Shown here: positions 9,638-19,299 of the stretch, piece by piece | Layout: each line of letters starts with the position of its first letter | How positions within the stretch are numbered: position 1 is the stretch's first letter | Source of the DNA: Spirochaetota bacterium | GTDB lineage: Bacteria > Spirochaetota > UBA4802 > UBA5550 | DNA length: 64,000 bases | NCBI GenBank assembly: GCA_050298055.1 | Contig: JBNKTL010000006.1 | Span: forward strand, 70,280 to 134,279 | Reading direction: 5' to 3' | Made by a program: the position numbers and the translations under genes | Notes under the pieces: model-generated | Databases searched by the model: none | Seen by the model: only the letters and a program-made list of their open reading frames with translations | Told to the model about the DNA's origin: nothing

Positions 9638-9722
9638 TTGACGTTATCCACACAGTTAACTATATTAACCTCATGGTTAAATTTATAGACCATATGTTTA
9701 ATTATATTGAACAAAAGGTTAA
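9638..9722 (+). promoter_or_regulatory. sigma70 promoter with three TetR-type operators
   Basis: TTGACG-17-TATATT (9638-9666). Imperfect palindromes TTAACCTCATGGTTAA (9665), TAGACCATATGTTTAA (9686) and TTGAACAAAAGGTTAA (9707) at a 21-bp period. Confidence 0.65.
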
Positions 9723-9724
9723 TT

Positions 9725-10492
9725 ATGACAAAAAGCGACATTGAGGCCAAAGAAAACATTCGGAAAGCAGCCAAAACCGAATTTGCCGAAAGGGGATTCC
9801 AGGGTGCCCGGATGGCAAAGATCGCGGAATCGGCGGGAGTCAACAAGGCCCTTATCCATTACTACTTCACGAACAAGGAAGGACTCTATGAAGAAGTCCT
9901 GGACAGGATGTTTAACAATCCCGGTGTAAATGCAAATTTTCCGGTTTACGGAGGAAATTTTAATCTCACCGCATCCCAGAGACTCTACCTCCTCACCTAC
10001 TTTATTGTGATGGTCCACCTCAGGTGTACGGACATGGAGGATAATTCCATACTCCTCTGGGAGATCGCGGAGGGAGGGGATTTCCTGGAGAAGGTCTACT
10101 CCAAGTATATCGCGGACCTCTCGGAGAAAATCATAAAATTTTTCAGCGACGGCATTGAGTCCGGGGAGTTTCATTCCAAGTACCCGGGATTGATCATGAT
10201 GGGATTCAAAAACATGATCGATTCCTTTGTTCATGAATCCGGGAGAAGGTTCAGGCACACCCCCTTTGAAAAGACAGTGGGTCTTCTGACCGAGGACGAT
10301 TACCTGGAATTTTTTTTAGATTACATGTTTCATATGCTCGGTCCCGGCGGCAGGAAGCTGGAAATTCCCGAAATACCGGAAGATATCATAACATACATAG
10401 ACCAGCTCCTGGAGATCGTAAAAGAAACCAAAGCGACAAAAGAATTCAATGAAAAGATATTCGGATTTATACTGGGAAATCAGGATAATTGA
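9725..10492 (+). CDS. TetR/AcrR family regulator
   Basis: AAKTEFAERGFQGARMAKIAESAGVNKALIHYYFTNKEGLY HTH; first gene of the efflux operon. Confidence 0.92.
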   Translation: MTKSDIEAKENIRKAAKTEFAERGFQGARMAKIAESAGVNKALIHYYFTNKEGLYEEVLDRMFNNPGVNANFPVYGGNFNLTASQRLYLLTYFIVMVHLRCTDMEDNSILLWEIAEGGDFLEKVYSKYIADLSEKIIKFFSDGIESGEFHSKYPGLIMMGFKNMIDSFVHESGRRFRHTPFEKTVGLLTEDDYLEFFLDYMFHMLGPGGRKLEIPEIPEDIITYIDQLLEIVKETKATKEFNEKIFGFILGNQDN

Positions 10493-10514
10493 AATCAGGT
10501 TAACGGAGTTTTAA

Positions 10515-12119
10515 ATGAAAAATAAGATCATAATTACGATAAGTCTAAGTACTATCCTCTTATGCGGTACGATCTATTCAGAGGAGAAAAAGAAGGAGCC
10601 GGAGAAAAAAAGTGAGGAGTCAAAGATATCGGTGATTATCGAGGATGAACCTGCGGTTATCATCGGCGGATTCAAACTTACCCTGGGACAGGCCATCAGG
10701 CAGGCCATTGAACAGAACCATGTCATATTGTCGGGAAAATATGATGTGGCCATGACAGATTCTCTCTACCGGACATTCCAGAAGAAATATTCCATTTTCC
10801 TCAATGCAGGTTCCGGAATAAAATACCAGGAATATCCCGAATCACTGGCCATGATGAGCGGCAAAGACAGGACAACCCTTGACGCGTCCCTGGCACTGGC
10901 GAAGATGTTCAGATCAGGGACAACCCTCTCAGCGGGGATCAGCAACGAGTATGCCAGGACAACATACGATCCCCTTGTCCTTGACCTCGGTGACGGAAAT
11001 ACCCTGCCTCTGCAGTTCGGGCTGGACAGGTCCTATACCCCGGTGGCATTTGTCAGCATACAGCAGGAGCTCCTGAAAAACAGCTTCGGTTTCAGCGAGA
11101 GGAGGCAGGAGAAGATACTGAAGAACATGGCAAAAATGCAGAAGGAGCAGGTCCTCTCCATGCTCTCCATGGTGGTCCTGGGAGTTATAGCGGACTACTG
11201 GAATGTAATACTCCAGAAAAAGAATACCCTGAACGCGAAGTTTCTCCTGACCGAAACACGGAAGGTCAGATACATTATCGGGCGAAACGTAAAGTTTGGC
11301 CTGGCGGACAGTTTCAATATCAACTACTATAACCTGCTGGTTGCCGGTTCCGAAGCACGCCTCACCGCGTCAAAACAGAAGTACAGGGACACCCTGAGGA
11401 ATTTTCTCACTGCGGTGAACATGGATGAGAAGATGGAATTAAGCGGTTCTGTAATCCTCACGGATAAACTCCCGGAACTCAACCTGGAAGCAGAACTGAA
11501 AACGGCATTTCAAAAAAGGGCCGATTACAGCAACGCAAAGCTGAACCTGGAAAACGCAAAGTATGATGTGGAGATACAGGAAAAGGACTCAATGCCCTCC
11601 CTCACTGCCGAACTCAATATCGCCACAATGGGTCAGAGAGAAAACGCGGTTGATTCCTCCTCCGATGCCGCCGCGTTTAACTATCCTTCCTTTGAGGCCA
11701 GGATCAGGCTCTCCCATCCCCTGGATGACAGCGAACAGAAGATCAAACTGAGAAACGCCCTCTACAGGCTCAAACAGGCAAAGATCAATCTGCAGAAAAC
11801 CGAAAGAACGGTCAGAGATGAAATTGCCGGCCGTGTGGAAAACATAAAAACCGCCCATGAAATATATGAAAAATCAAAGAGGGCCCGGATAGAGGCCGAA
11901 GCATTCTACTACAAGATGCTCGGAAGCCTGAGGCGGGGAAGGCTCGATACTGCAACGGTAAAAAACGGCATCGACGCAATGGTTGAAAGCAGGCAGAGCG
12001 AACTGGAATCCCTCATATTCTACAACATCTCACTTCTCAGGCTGGTCATCGCGAAAAACCAGCTCTGGGAAAAGTACATGATTGATGTTGAAAAATACAT
12101 CCCCAGAGAAAACAAATAA
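10515..12119 (+). CDS. TolC-family outer-membrane efflux protein
   Basis: Signal peptide, LTLGQAIRQAIEQN, QELLKN and coiled-coil OEP repeats; directly upstream of an RND gene. Confidence 0.88.
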   Translation: MKNKIIITISLSTILLCGTIYSEEKKKEPEKKSEESKISVIIEDEPAVIIGGFKLTLGQAIRQAIEQNHVILSGKYDVAMTDSLYRTFQKKYSIFLNAGSGIKYQEYPESLAMMSGKDRTTLDASLALAKMFRSGTTLSAGISNEYARTTYDPLVLDLGDGNTLPLQFGLDRSYTPVAFVSIQQELLKNSFGFSERRQEKILKNMAKMQKEQVLSMLSMVVLGVIADYWNVILQKKNTLNAKFLLTETRKVRYIIGRNVKFGLADSFNINYYNLLVAGSEARLTASKQKYRDTLRNFLTAVNMDEKMELSGSVILTDKLPELNLEAELKTAFQKRADYSNAKLNLENAKYDVEIQEKDSMPSLTAELNIATMGQRENAVDSSSDAAAFNYPSFEARIRLSHPLDDSEQKIKLRNALYRLKQAKINLQKTERTVRDEIAGRVENIKTAHEIYEKSKRARIEAEAFYYKMLGSLRRGRLDTATVKNGIDAMVESRQSELESLIFYNISLLRLVIAKNQLWEKYMIDVEKYIPRENK

Positions 12120-12132
12120 CAAGGATTACATA

Positions 12133-15100
12133 ATGAGCCGAATAATATCATATTTAATGGAACAAAAACTCCTGGTAAACCTGGTAGTGGCACTCCTCAT
12201 GGCAGCGGGGATTATCACACTCATGAACCTCAACAGGGAAGCATTCCCCGACGCGAACTTCGATATGGTTTCCGTGACCACGACCTACCCCGGCGGTTCC
12301 CCCGACGAAATCGAAAAGCTTATCACCATCCCTATCGAAAAAAAGCTCAGGGAGGTTGACGGTATTGACAAGGTGCGGTCCTACAATATAGAGAACGTTT
12401 CGGTCCTGGCAATCTACCTGGATGATGATTCAAGCGACAAGTCGGTGGTGGTTCAGGATATAAAAGACGCGGTAGAGAGCGTGGACAACCTTCCGGACAA
12501 CGCCGAACGCCCCGAAGTTGAGGAACTGAAATTTGACAAGAAGATGCTCATTGATATTGCCGTATACGGGAAAAAGCCCGGAACACCCTACAGGAAGATC
12601 AGGGAAGCCGCCAAACACCTTGAGGACTTTCTCTATGAGATAGACGGCATTGCCGAAGTGGAAAAGTTTGGCTACAGGGACCGGGAGTATCTGGTTGAGG
12701 CCGACCCGGCGCAACTGCAGTTCTACCGCATGGGTATCAACAGCGTTATCAACACCCTGAGAACACGGAACCTTGATTTTCCGGGCGGCTCCCTGAAAGT
12801 CGGGGACAGGGAATATGTTCTCCGCACAAGCGGACAGTACAGGGACACGGAAGAATTGAAGAATACAGTGGTCATCTCCAACGATGCGGGGTTTGTTACA
12901 CGGATAAGGGACATCGCGAAAGTCAAGGACACCTTCGAAGACCCCACGGTCTACGAGAGGTTCAACGGGAAAAACGCAGTGATCCTCATGACATGGAAAA
13001 AAAAGACAGCGGACGAGATCAGGCTGGTCAAAAAAGTCAGGGAGTCCCTCAAAAAATACAGGCCCCTTCATGCCGAAGATATTAATATCGAAATCTTTTA
13101 CGACTGGAGCAGGCTCACAAAGAACAGGATATCGTCGGTTATCTCCAATGCCATCACGGGGCTGATTCTCCTCACATTGATACTCATGGCGCTCCTGGGT
13201 ATTCGAATATCCGCCATCGTCTCCCTGGGGATCCCCGGTGCCTTCATGGTCTCATTTATGGGGATGAAGGCCAACGGCATTACACTGAATATCATCAGCC
13301 TCTTCGGCCTTATTATGGTCCTGGGAATGATCGTTGATTTCAGTATCGTGGTCTCGGAAAACAGTTACCGGTATATGGAGATGGGTCTTTCGAGAAAAGA
13401 GGCGATCAAAAAAGGTGTCAGCGAGGTTTTCTGGCCGGTTACCGTTACCTTCCTCTGTATAACCGCCGCCTTTGTTCCCCTTCTCTTCCTCACGGGAATC
13501 GTGGGAAAATTCATCAAGGCGATACCTATCGTACTCATCATCTGCCTTGGAGCGTCATGGTTTGTTGCCATGTTCATACTCCCCACGCACCTGAATATCT
13601 TCGCGAAAATAAAGAAGTCAAACAGGGAGCATGAGAGCGACCATGACGAAGTGGTCATCGAAAAGGGGGGCTTCGGTTTCATCCAGAAGGTCTACCTCGG
13701 GACCCTCAAACGAATTCTCAGGTTCAGGTATTTAACCCTGGTGCTTCTTCTCGCGGGATTTACCGGATCCCTTATCCTCGCGAAAATTGTGGGATTTGTC
13801 TTCATGCCGGGAGGCGGCGCAGAGAAGATCGTCATTAAGACCCGGCTTCCCCAGGGAACCAACCTCGAAGCAAATCTCAGGGAGATGAAAAAGATGGAGG
13901 AGATCATCCTCAGGCTCCCTAAAGATGAACTGGAAGGAGTGCGGACACAGGTGGGCAAAGACCAGAGCGACGGCCTGGACCCGAAACCGGGGGAAGGGAC
14001 CCACAAGAGCACCCTCACCCTTTTTCTCACTCCTGACAATGACAGGAAACGAAACGCGTCCCTCATTAGAGACCAGGTGCGCGGATGGGTCCGTGCGGCA
14101 CAGGAGGAGGGAAAAATTACCAAAAATATCAAGATCCTCTTCAACGTTGAGGAGCACGGCCCTCCTGTGGGAAAACCGGTCAATATCGAGATCCGGGGCG
14201 AGAGCTTTGATACACTGACAAAGATCGCGGGGAAGTATATTAACGAACTCAAATCCATGGAGGGTGTCACGGATGTGACCATGGATTATGAGGAGGGAAA
14301 GCAGGAGTACAGGTACTTTATCAATGAAGTCCTGGCGTCCCGGACCAAAGTTTCGGTCCTGGACGTGGCTACATCCCTTAACGCGTCATACCAGGGTACG
14401 GTGGCAACAAGCGTAAGGCGGGGAGATGAAGATATTGACATCCGGGTCCGGTTCCCGGAGAAGGAGCGGAAGAGGCTCAGGAGCCTCGACAATGTCTCTA
14501 TCTCCAACAACAAGGGGGGGCTCATACCCCTGGCAATGGTAACGGGAGTGAAAAAACAGCCGGGGATATCCCACATCAACAGGCTTAATTTCAAGCGGCT
14601 GATACAGGTCCAGGCAAATGTTGAAACAGAGAAGATAACATCCATGGAGGTCAATAAAATATTGAAAAAGACGTTCGCGGATATCAGCGAAAAGCACCCC
14701 TCCTACTCGGTAGCATACGGAGGCGAACAGGAGGACACCAACAAGAGCATGGGGGAGATGGGGACACTCTTCATCTTTGCCCTGATGATAATCTACGTGA
14801 TACTTGCGGTCTTCTTCAACTCCCTTATTCTCCCCGGGGTGGTCATGAGCGCCATCCCCTTTGCGCTGGTGGGTGTGGTCCTGGCACTTTTTGCCCACGG
14901 ACAGCCCCTCTCCTTCATGAGTATGCTGGGCGTGTTCAGCCTCGCGGGGGTCATTGTCAGCAACACACTTGTGCTGGTCCAGTTTATCAACTACCAGAAG
15001 GAGAAGGGACTCCCCCTGAAAGAGGCCCTTCTCAACGCCGGGATCATGAGGCTCCGCCCGGTGATCCTCACCACGGGGACCACGGTCCTTGCCCTCTTCC

Positions 15101-15309
15101 CCACCATATACGGGCTGGGAGGAAAGGACTACTTCGTTGCGCCCCTGGCCCTCTCCTTCGGCTACGGCCTGATATTCGCAACATTCATCACCCTTGTTCT
15201 TATCCCCACATTCTACCATATTGCCGAGGACTACAAGGGACTCCTGTCGCGGATACTTTTACGCTTCGGGATAAAGATGGGGAGGGAGCTGCACAGGTAT
15301 GATAATTGA
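12133..15309 (+). CDS. RND efflux permease (AcrB/CusA-like)
   Basis: About 1058 aa; YPGGSPDEIEKLITIPIE, LGMIVDFSIVVSEN and RLRPVILTT motifs. Confidence 0.95.
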   Translation: MSRIISYLMEQKLLVNLVVALLMAAGIITLMNLNREAFPDANFDMVSVTTTYPGGSPDEIEKLITIPIEKKLREVDGIDKVRSYNIENVSVLAIYLDDDSSDKSVVVQDIKDAVESVDNLPDNAERPEVEELKFDKKMLIDIAVYGKKPGTPYRKIREAAKHLEDFLYEIDGIAEVEKFGYRDREYLVEADPAQLQFYRMGINSVINTLRTRNLDFPGGSLKVGDREYVLRTSGQYRDTEELKNTVVISNDAGFVTRIRDIAKVKDTFEDPTVYERFNGKNAVILMTWKKKTADEIRLVKKVRESLKKYRPLHAEDINIEIFYDWSRLTKNRISSVISNAITGLILLTLILMALLGIRISAIVSLGIPGAFMVSFMGMKANGITLNIISLFGLIMVLGMIVDFSIVVSENSYRYMEMGLSRKEAIKKGVSEVFWPVTVTFLCITAAFVPLLFLTGIVGKFIKAIPIVLIICLGASWFVAMFILPTHLNIFAKIKKSNREHESDHDEVVIEKGGFGFIQKVYLGTLKRILRFRYLTLVLLLAGFTGSLILAKIVGFVFMPGGGAEKIVIKTRLPQGTNLEANLREMKKMEEIILRLPKDELEGVRTQVGKDQSDGLDPKPGEGTHKSTLTLFLTPDNDRKRNASLIRDQVRGWVRAAQEEGKITKNIKILFNVEEHGPPVGKPVNIEIRGESFDTLTKIAGKYINELKSMEGVTDVTMDYEEGKQEYRYFINEVLASRTKVSVLDVATSLNASYQGTVATSVRRGDEDIDIRVRFPEKERKRLRSLDNVSISNNKGGLIPLAMVTGVKKQPGISHINRLNFKRLIQVQANVETEKITSMEVNKILKKTFADISEKHPSYSVAYGGEQEDTNKSMGEMGTLFIFALMIIYVILAVFFNSLILPGVVMSAIPFALVGVVLALFAHGQPLSFMSMLGVFSLAGVIVSNTLVLVQFINYQKEKGLPLKEALLNAGIMRLRPVILTTGTTVLALFPTIYGLGGKDYFVAPLALSFGYGLIFATFITLVLIPTFYHIAEDYKGLLSRILLRFGIKMGRELHRYDN

Positions 15310-15321
15310 AAGAAGGAAAAT

Positions 15322-15347
15322 CAGCCGTGGGTTTATGCCCATGGCTG
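15322..15347. terminator. Hairpin between convergent genes (terminator or REP-like)
   Basis: CAGCCGTGGG-tttatg-CCCATGGCTG stem-loop. Confidence 0.55.
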
Positions 15348-15357
15348 TAAAATCATT

Positions 15358-15801
15358 TTAATCTTTTAAAAGTTCATCAACCATAATGACAGGAGCATCA
15401 CTCATTCTATTCCATAAGCCGTCGTTGCTAACTATATAATCCGCACCGCACACGGCAGCTGTAGCAAGCTGAATCGCATCCGGAGTTTTCATTTTATATT
15501 TTGTTCTAAATAATACAGCTTCTTCAGCAATCAGAAGATTTACCGGGTAAAGGCTTATATTTTCAGAGTTGGTAAAATAGTCTCTGTATTTTAATGCTAA
15601 TTTTTTGTTACCCAGCTTCATTGGATGTGTTGTGATTTCAATATAGGTAATTATCGATGTCACAACCTGCACATCATTATCATAAATGAAATCAAAAAGC
15701 ATGGACATGGGCTGAAAATACTTTTCATTTTTTTCAAAGAAATAAATAAAGGGAGCGGTATCGATAAATATCATATCACATTTTTCAATGCTCAGTCCCA
15801 A
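15358..15801 (-). CDS. vapC: PIN-domain (VapC) toxin
   Basis: IFIDTAPFIY, TYIE, PDAIQLATA and IVSND motifs supply the acidic tetrad. Confidence 0.9.
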   Translation of the reverse strand: MGLSIEKCDMIFIDTAPFIYFFEKNEKYFQPMSMLFDFIYDNDVQVVTSIITYIEITTHPMKLGNKKLALKYRDYFTNSENISLYPVNLLIAEEAVLFRTKYKMKTPDAIQLATAAVCGADYIVSNDGLWNRMSDAPVIMVDELLKD

Positions 15802-16049
15802 TTATCCCTCTCCCCTTGCACATATTTTTCAACATCGACTTCTTTCCAGATATCTGATCCAAGTCCTGCCGATTTCCTGAAGTCAAGTTTAGCAGACTTC
15901 TTTTTCTTTTGTGAACCGGCTGCACCTGTAAGCTTCGCAATCTTTTTCCCTGATCTCTCAATTATAATCTCCTCACCCATAAGCGAAACCCTGTTCAGGA
16001 GCTCTCCAAACTTCTTTCTTGCCTCGACCGCAGAGATTGTAATTGCCAT
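15792..16049 (-). CDS. Phd/YefM-family antitoxin
   Basis: ISAVEARKKFGELLNRV...EEIIIERSGKKIAKL; overlaps vapC. Confidence 0.9.
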   Translation of the reverse strand: MAITISAVEARKKFGELLNRVSLMGEEIIIERSGKKIAKLTGAAGSQKKKKSAKLDFRKSAGLGSDIWKEVDVEKYVQGERDNWD

Positions 16050-16069
16050 AACTGTGTCTCTCAATAATT

Positions 16070-16107
16070 AGTATGATCAATATAATCATACTGATCGATA
16101 TGGTCAA
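16070..16107 (-). promoter_or_regulatory. TA operon promoter with a palindromic operator
   Basis: Minus-strand TTGACC-17-TATATT; palindrome AGTATGAT-7-ATCATACT (16070-16092) straddles the -10 box. Confidence 0.6.
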
Positions 16108-16369
16108 ATAAAATCTCAAAAATATCATCTTTTTTTATTAATACTGTTGAAGGAGAAGAATAATTAAAAGATTTTTTTGTTTATTGCAAAATACTGAGCG
16201 ATCTATAATTAACAGAGAACTATTTTCACCTCTCCGCAGAATTTTCTCAATGCTCATATATGTTATATGTTTAAAAATATTTCTTTACACAAAATGAATT
16301 TATCCCCTATTATGGATGGAAGTTTAATAATATATTATCTTTTAATTATATCCAAATAAAGGAGACCAA

Positions 16370-16933
16370 ATGAGACTGTTCAGAGTTCCGCTGCATTTAT
16401 CATTATTTTTCTTATTCACTATTCTTATTACCGGCTGTTCGGCTTTCAATACTGATCTTCTCATCATTGACAAGATTCCAAAAAATGCACCTAAAGGGTA
16501 TATTGATTTTTATACAGAAAAAAATGAGGACGCCATTGAACTGCATAAAAAATTTCGCGGTACATTTTTTATCTCCATACTCGAGAATGGAATGGAAAAA
16601 GAAATTAAAGATATGGTCTGGTCCTGGGAAACCAGGCGAAGAATAGCGGTAAAACCGGGCATGCAAACATTTAGAATTAAATATGCTTCAGCAGATATGA
16701 AAATAACTGTTAAGGCAATTGAGGGAATGATTGTACCTGTCAAGTTTACTTATGTACTTGGAGAATCAAAGTATTACTATCAGCTGGGAAGAGGTACAAT
16801 GCACAAACAGTACTTTAATATGATTCCGAGTATCGAAAAAGCCGTACCCTGTTCAGGGAAACAAAAAGGGCTTAAATCTGACAACCTAAAGACTAGTGCA
16901 AAACCCTTCTGTTATACAATAAAAAATATTTGA
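16370..16933 (+). CDS. Hypothetical lipoprotein
   Basis: AGGAG RBS; hydrophobic signal ending ITGC. Confidence 0.7.
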   Translation: MRLFRVPLHLSLFFLFTILITGCSAFNTDLLIIDKIPKNAPKGYIDFYTEKNEDAIELHKKFRGTFFISILENGMEKEIKDMVWSWETRRRIAVKPGMQTFRIKYASADMKITVKAIEGMIVPVKFTYVLGESKYYYQLGRGTMHKQYFNMIPSIEKAVPCSGKQKGLKSDNLKTSAKPFCYTIKNI

Positions 16934-16954
16934 TAAAATAATTCCAATTTATAT

Positions 16955-17113
16955 GAATCTACCCTCTTTCTCCTGAACCCGGAACACAGAACTTGGACTA
17001 ATCCAAACACGGAATCCGAAACTTCCTCATCAACATCAACAAATACTTCTTCCTCTACCGCATATACGGAGAAGAAAAGGAATCACTTGCTTTCAATATA
17101 TTTTTTTATTGAC
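16955..17113 (+). pseudogene. Possible degraded RelE/ParE-type toxin remnant
   Basis: Broken frames give LLNPE..., GIRNFLI..KYFFLYRI and LLSIYFFIDN, resembling a ParE/RelE C-terminal half. No intact ORF. Confidence 0.35.
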
Positions 17114-17174
17114 AATCTTAATATAAAGCTGTTCTTTTAATTTAGAAAATGTAGAGTATCAGAGGAGATGAAAC

Positions 17175-17390
17175 ATGCAGGTAACCATAAATATCCCTGA
17201 TGAACTCTATCACGATATAGAAAAAACAGATGAAAATCTTGAATCTTCCATTATTCATGCCCTGGAATTGTATACTGAACGGAAAAAAACAATTAATAGA
17301 AATAAATTTAAAAAATTAAAAGATTTAAAAGGTAAAATTAATTTTGACGAAAATGCTTTTTCTGAACTGAGGCAGAAAAGCCTGTTATGA
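17175..17390 (+). CDS. Putative RHH-type antitoxin (VapB-like)
   Basis: MQVTINIPDEL..., GAGGAG RBS, and an ATGA overlap with the PIN gene. Confidence 0.75.
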   Translation: MQVTINIPDELYHDIEKTDENLESSIIHALELYTERKKTINRNKFKKLKDLKGKINFDENAFSELRQKSLL

Positions 17391-17765
17391 TTCTTATTGA
17401 TACAAACTTACTTATAGATTATTTGAAAGGATCAGATACAATTCTTGGTGATCTTATTGAAATTGAAGAAACTGCAATATGCGGCATTGTTCTCGCAGAA
17501 CTTTTTCATGGCATAAATTCAAACAGTGAAAAGGAACTCATTCATGATGCTGTAAAAGATTTTGAATGGATACCCATTGAAGATACTATCTGGCGTTCCG
17601 TAGGGACCAATCTTAACAAGCTTAAAAAAAACGGACTTACTATACCTTTTCAGGATGCTGTGCTTGCCACATTATGTATTGAAAACAAGATAAAAAATTG
17701 CAACGAAAGACAAACATTTTGAAAGGATCGCAACTGTTTTAACAGACCTGCAGGTTTACAAATAA
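17387..17765 (+). pseudogene. vapC: PIN/VapC toxin with a +1 frameshift in an A6 run
   Basis: MILIDTN, LAELFHG and FQDAVLA motifs. Removing one A at 17692-17697 restores ...IKIATKDKHFERIATVLTDLQVYK* (T-x-D-x-H-F motif), with the stop at 17763-17765. Confidence 0.8.
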
Positions 17766-17910
17766 TACAGACACTGCGTCTTTGTGGTAATCACTCTTCT
17801 CTCCAATTTATAATCCAAAATTTAAATTTAACATTATTAACAACTCTCTTCTCTGTGCCTCCGTGCCTCTGTGGCCAATCTCTTTTTTAAACCTGCAACT
17901 CGAAACTACC

Positions 17911-19299
17911 CTACCTCTCCAAAACCCTCTTCCTCACAAGTGTATCGTTGAGCCTCTTCCACTCAACCACCAGTTTCTTGAAAAGCATCTGGTGATAGAT
18001 AAGGCTGTACCGGCTCCTGTTGAGCTGTCTCCGTGCCTCGATAAGGTCGTCAAGGTCCGTTTTTCCAATAAGGAAATTCCTCTGTTCCGCGGCCACAATG
18101 GCACGGGAGAGCCTGATCTTCTCATCTGCCAGTTTTACCAGTTCCTCTTCGCTCTTCATTCTCCCTGCCAGGACCTTCATGTCCCTTTTCAGGGTGAGGA
18201 CGCTCTTTCTCTTTTCAAGACCGGTCTTTTTCAGGTTAAGCTTCGCAATACCGGCTTCGGCCTTCTCTTTCTGCCTGCCGATATTGAGCTCACTGCTGAT
18301 ACCGAAAAAGAAGAGGTTCTCGGGATTGCCGAGGCGGTAGTCCCTCCCCAGAACACTGTAACCGGCAAAGAGGGACGCTGAGGGAAGGAGATTGTCACTG
18401 GCGATATCCCTGGCCAGTATCCCCTGTTTCTTAAGAAGGTCAAGGATCAGGGCCGTCCTGCTTTTTCGCGGGGGGACAGGGCCTTCGGTTTTTCCATCTA
18501 TCCCGCCGGTGATGTTATCAGGCTTGACCGGGACATGGTTAAATTTTTCCCCAAGTCCCGATGCGGCCGCAATCCTCTCCGCAATTTCCCCGTACGCGTC
18601 CCCCAGGTTTACCAGCTCTTCCTCGGCGGCAAGGACCTCCAGCCTTCCCTTGTTCACATCCTCCGGGTGGGCGATCCTGTACATCCGCTTCCTTATGATC
18701 AGGGAGTAGAGGATGTCACTGTCCCTCCTGATCTCTCTCCCTGTTTTCAGATTTTCGTAAGCAGTGTACCAGTCCACATAGAGTGAGATAAGGACGGCCA
18801 GGTAGTCCTCATATGCTTCAACGATCTGGTGCCTGGCCAGGCTCTCTTCCACATTCAGTTTTCTCTCCAGCATCCGGGTCGACCTCCCCAGGGCGTTTCG
18901 CGCAAGAGGCTGGCTTACCTGGAGGGTAAAGCTTGATTTATAGCCCCCGGAATATCCGCTATAGGGAAGAGACTTCGAGTACTCCGCGCTGATCTCCGTA
19001 CCCGTAAAAGGGAAAAGTTTACTCAGGGAGAGAGAACCCTCCGCTCCGTTCTTCTCACTGTCATCAAGAAAGAGGTCGTACTGCCCGGTCAGGGACAGAA
19101 CGAGATCGGAAGCCGGAAGCCCCAGGTCCTTTTTATACTTCAGGTAGTACTGATCAATAAGGATACCCTGGAATTCCGGATCAGCCGCGGCAGTTATCCT
19201 GATGAATTCCTTAAGGGTCAGCAGATTCTTTTTATCCGCATCAGCCCGGAGAGAGAGGGAGATAAAGAGCGCCAGAAGGATCGTTATCGCCCCTTTCAT
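17911..19299 (-). CDS. TolC-family outer-membrane efflux protein
   Basis: Start at ATG 19299 (ATGA overlap with the RND stop); signal peptide MKGAITILLALFISLSLRA; QPLARN motif and OEP coiled coils. Confidence 0.85.
   Translation of the reverse strand: MKGAITILLALFISLSLRADADKKNLLTLKEFIRITAAADPEFQGILIDQYYLKYKKDLGLPASDLVLSLTGQYDLFLDDSEKNGAEGSLSLSKLFPFTGTEISAEYSKSLPYSGYSGGYKSSFTLQVSQPLARNALGRSTRMLERKLNVEESLARHQIVEAYEDYLAVLISLYVDWYTAYENLKTGREIRRDSDILYSLIIRKRMYRIAHPEDVNKGRLEVLAAEEELVNLGDAYGEIAERIAAASGLGEKFNHVPVKPDNITGGIDGKTEGPVPPRKSRTALILDLLKKQGILARDIASDNLLPSASLFAGYSVLGRDYRLGNPENLFFFGISSELNIGRQKEKAEAGIAKLNLKKTGLEKRKSVLTLKRDMKVLAGRMKSEEELVKLADEKIRLSRAIVAAEQRNFLIGKTDLDDLIEARRQLNRSRYSLIYHQMLFKKLVVEWKRLNDTLVRKRVLER

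Noticed and set aside
9644..9652. DnaA box as a sign of oriC
   Set aside because: A single box, with no cluster and no dnaA/dnaN context.
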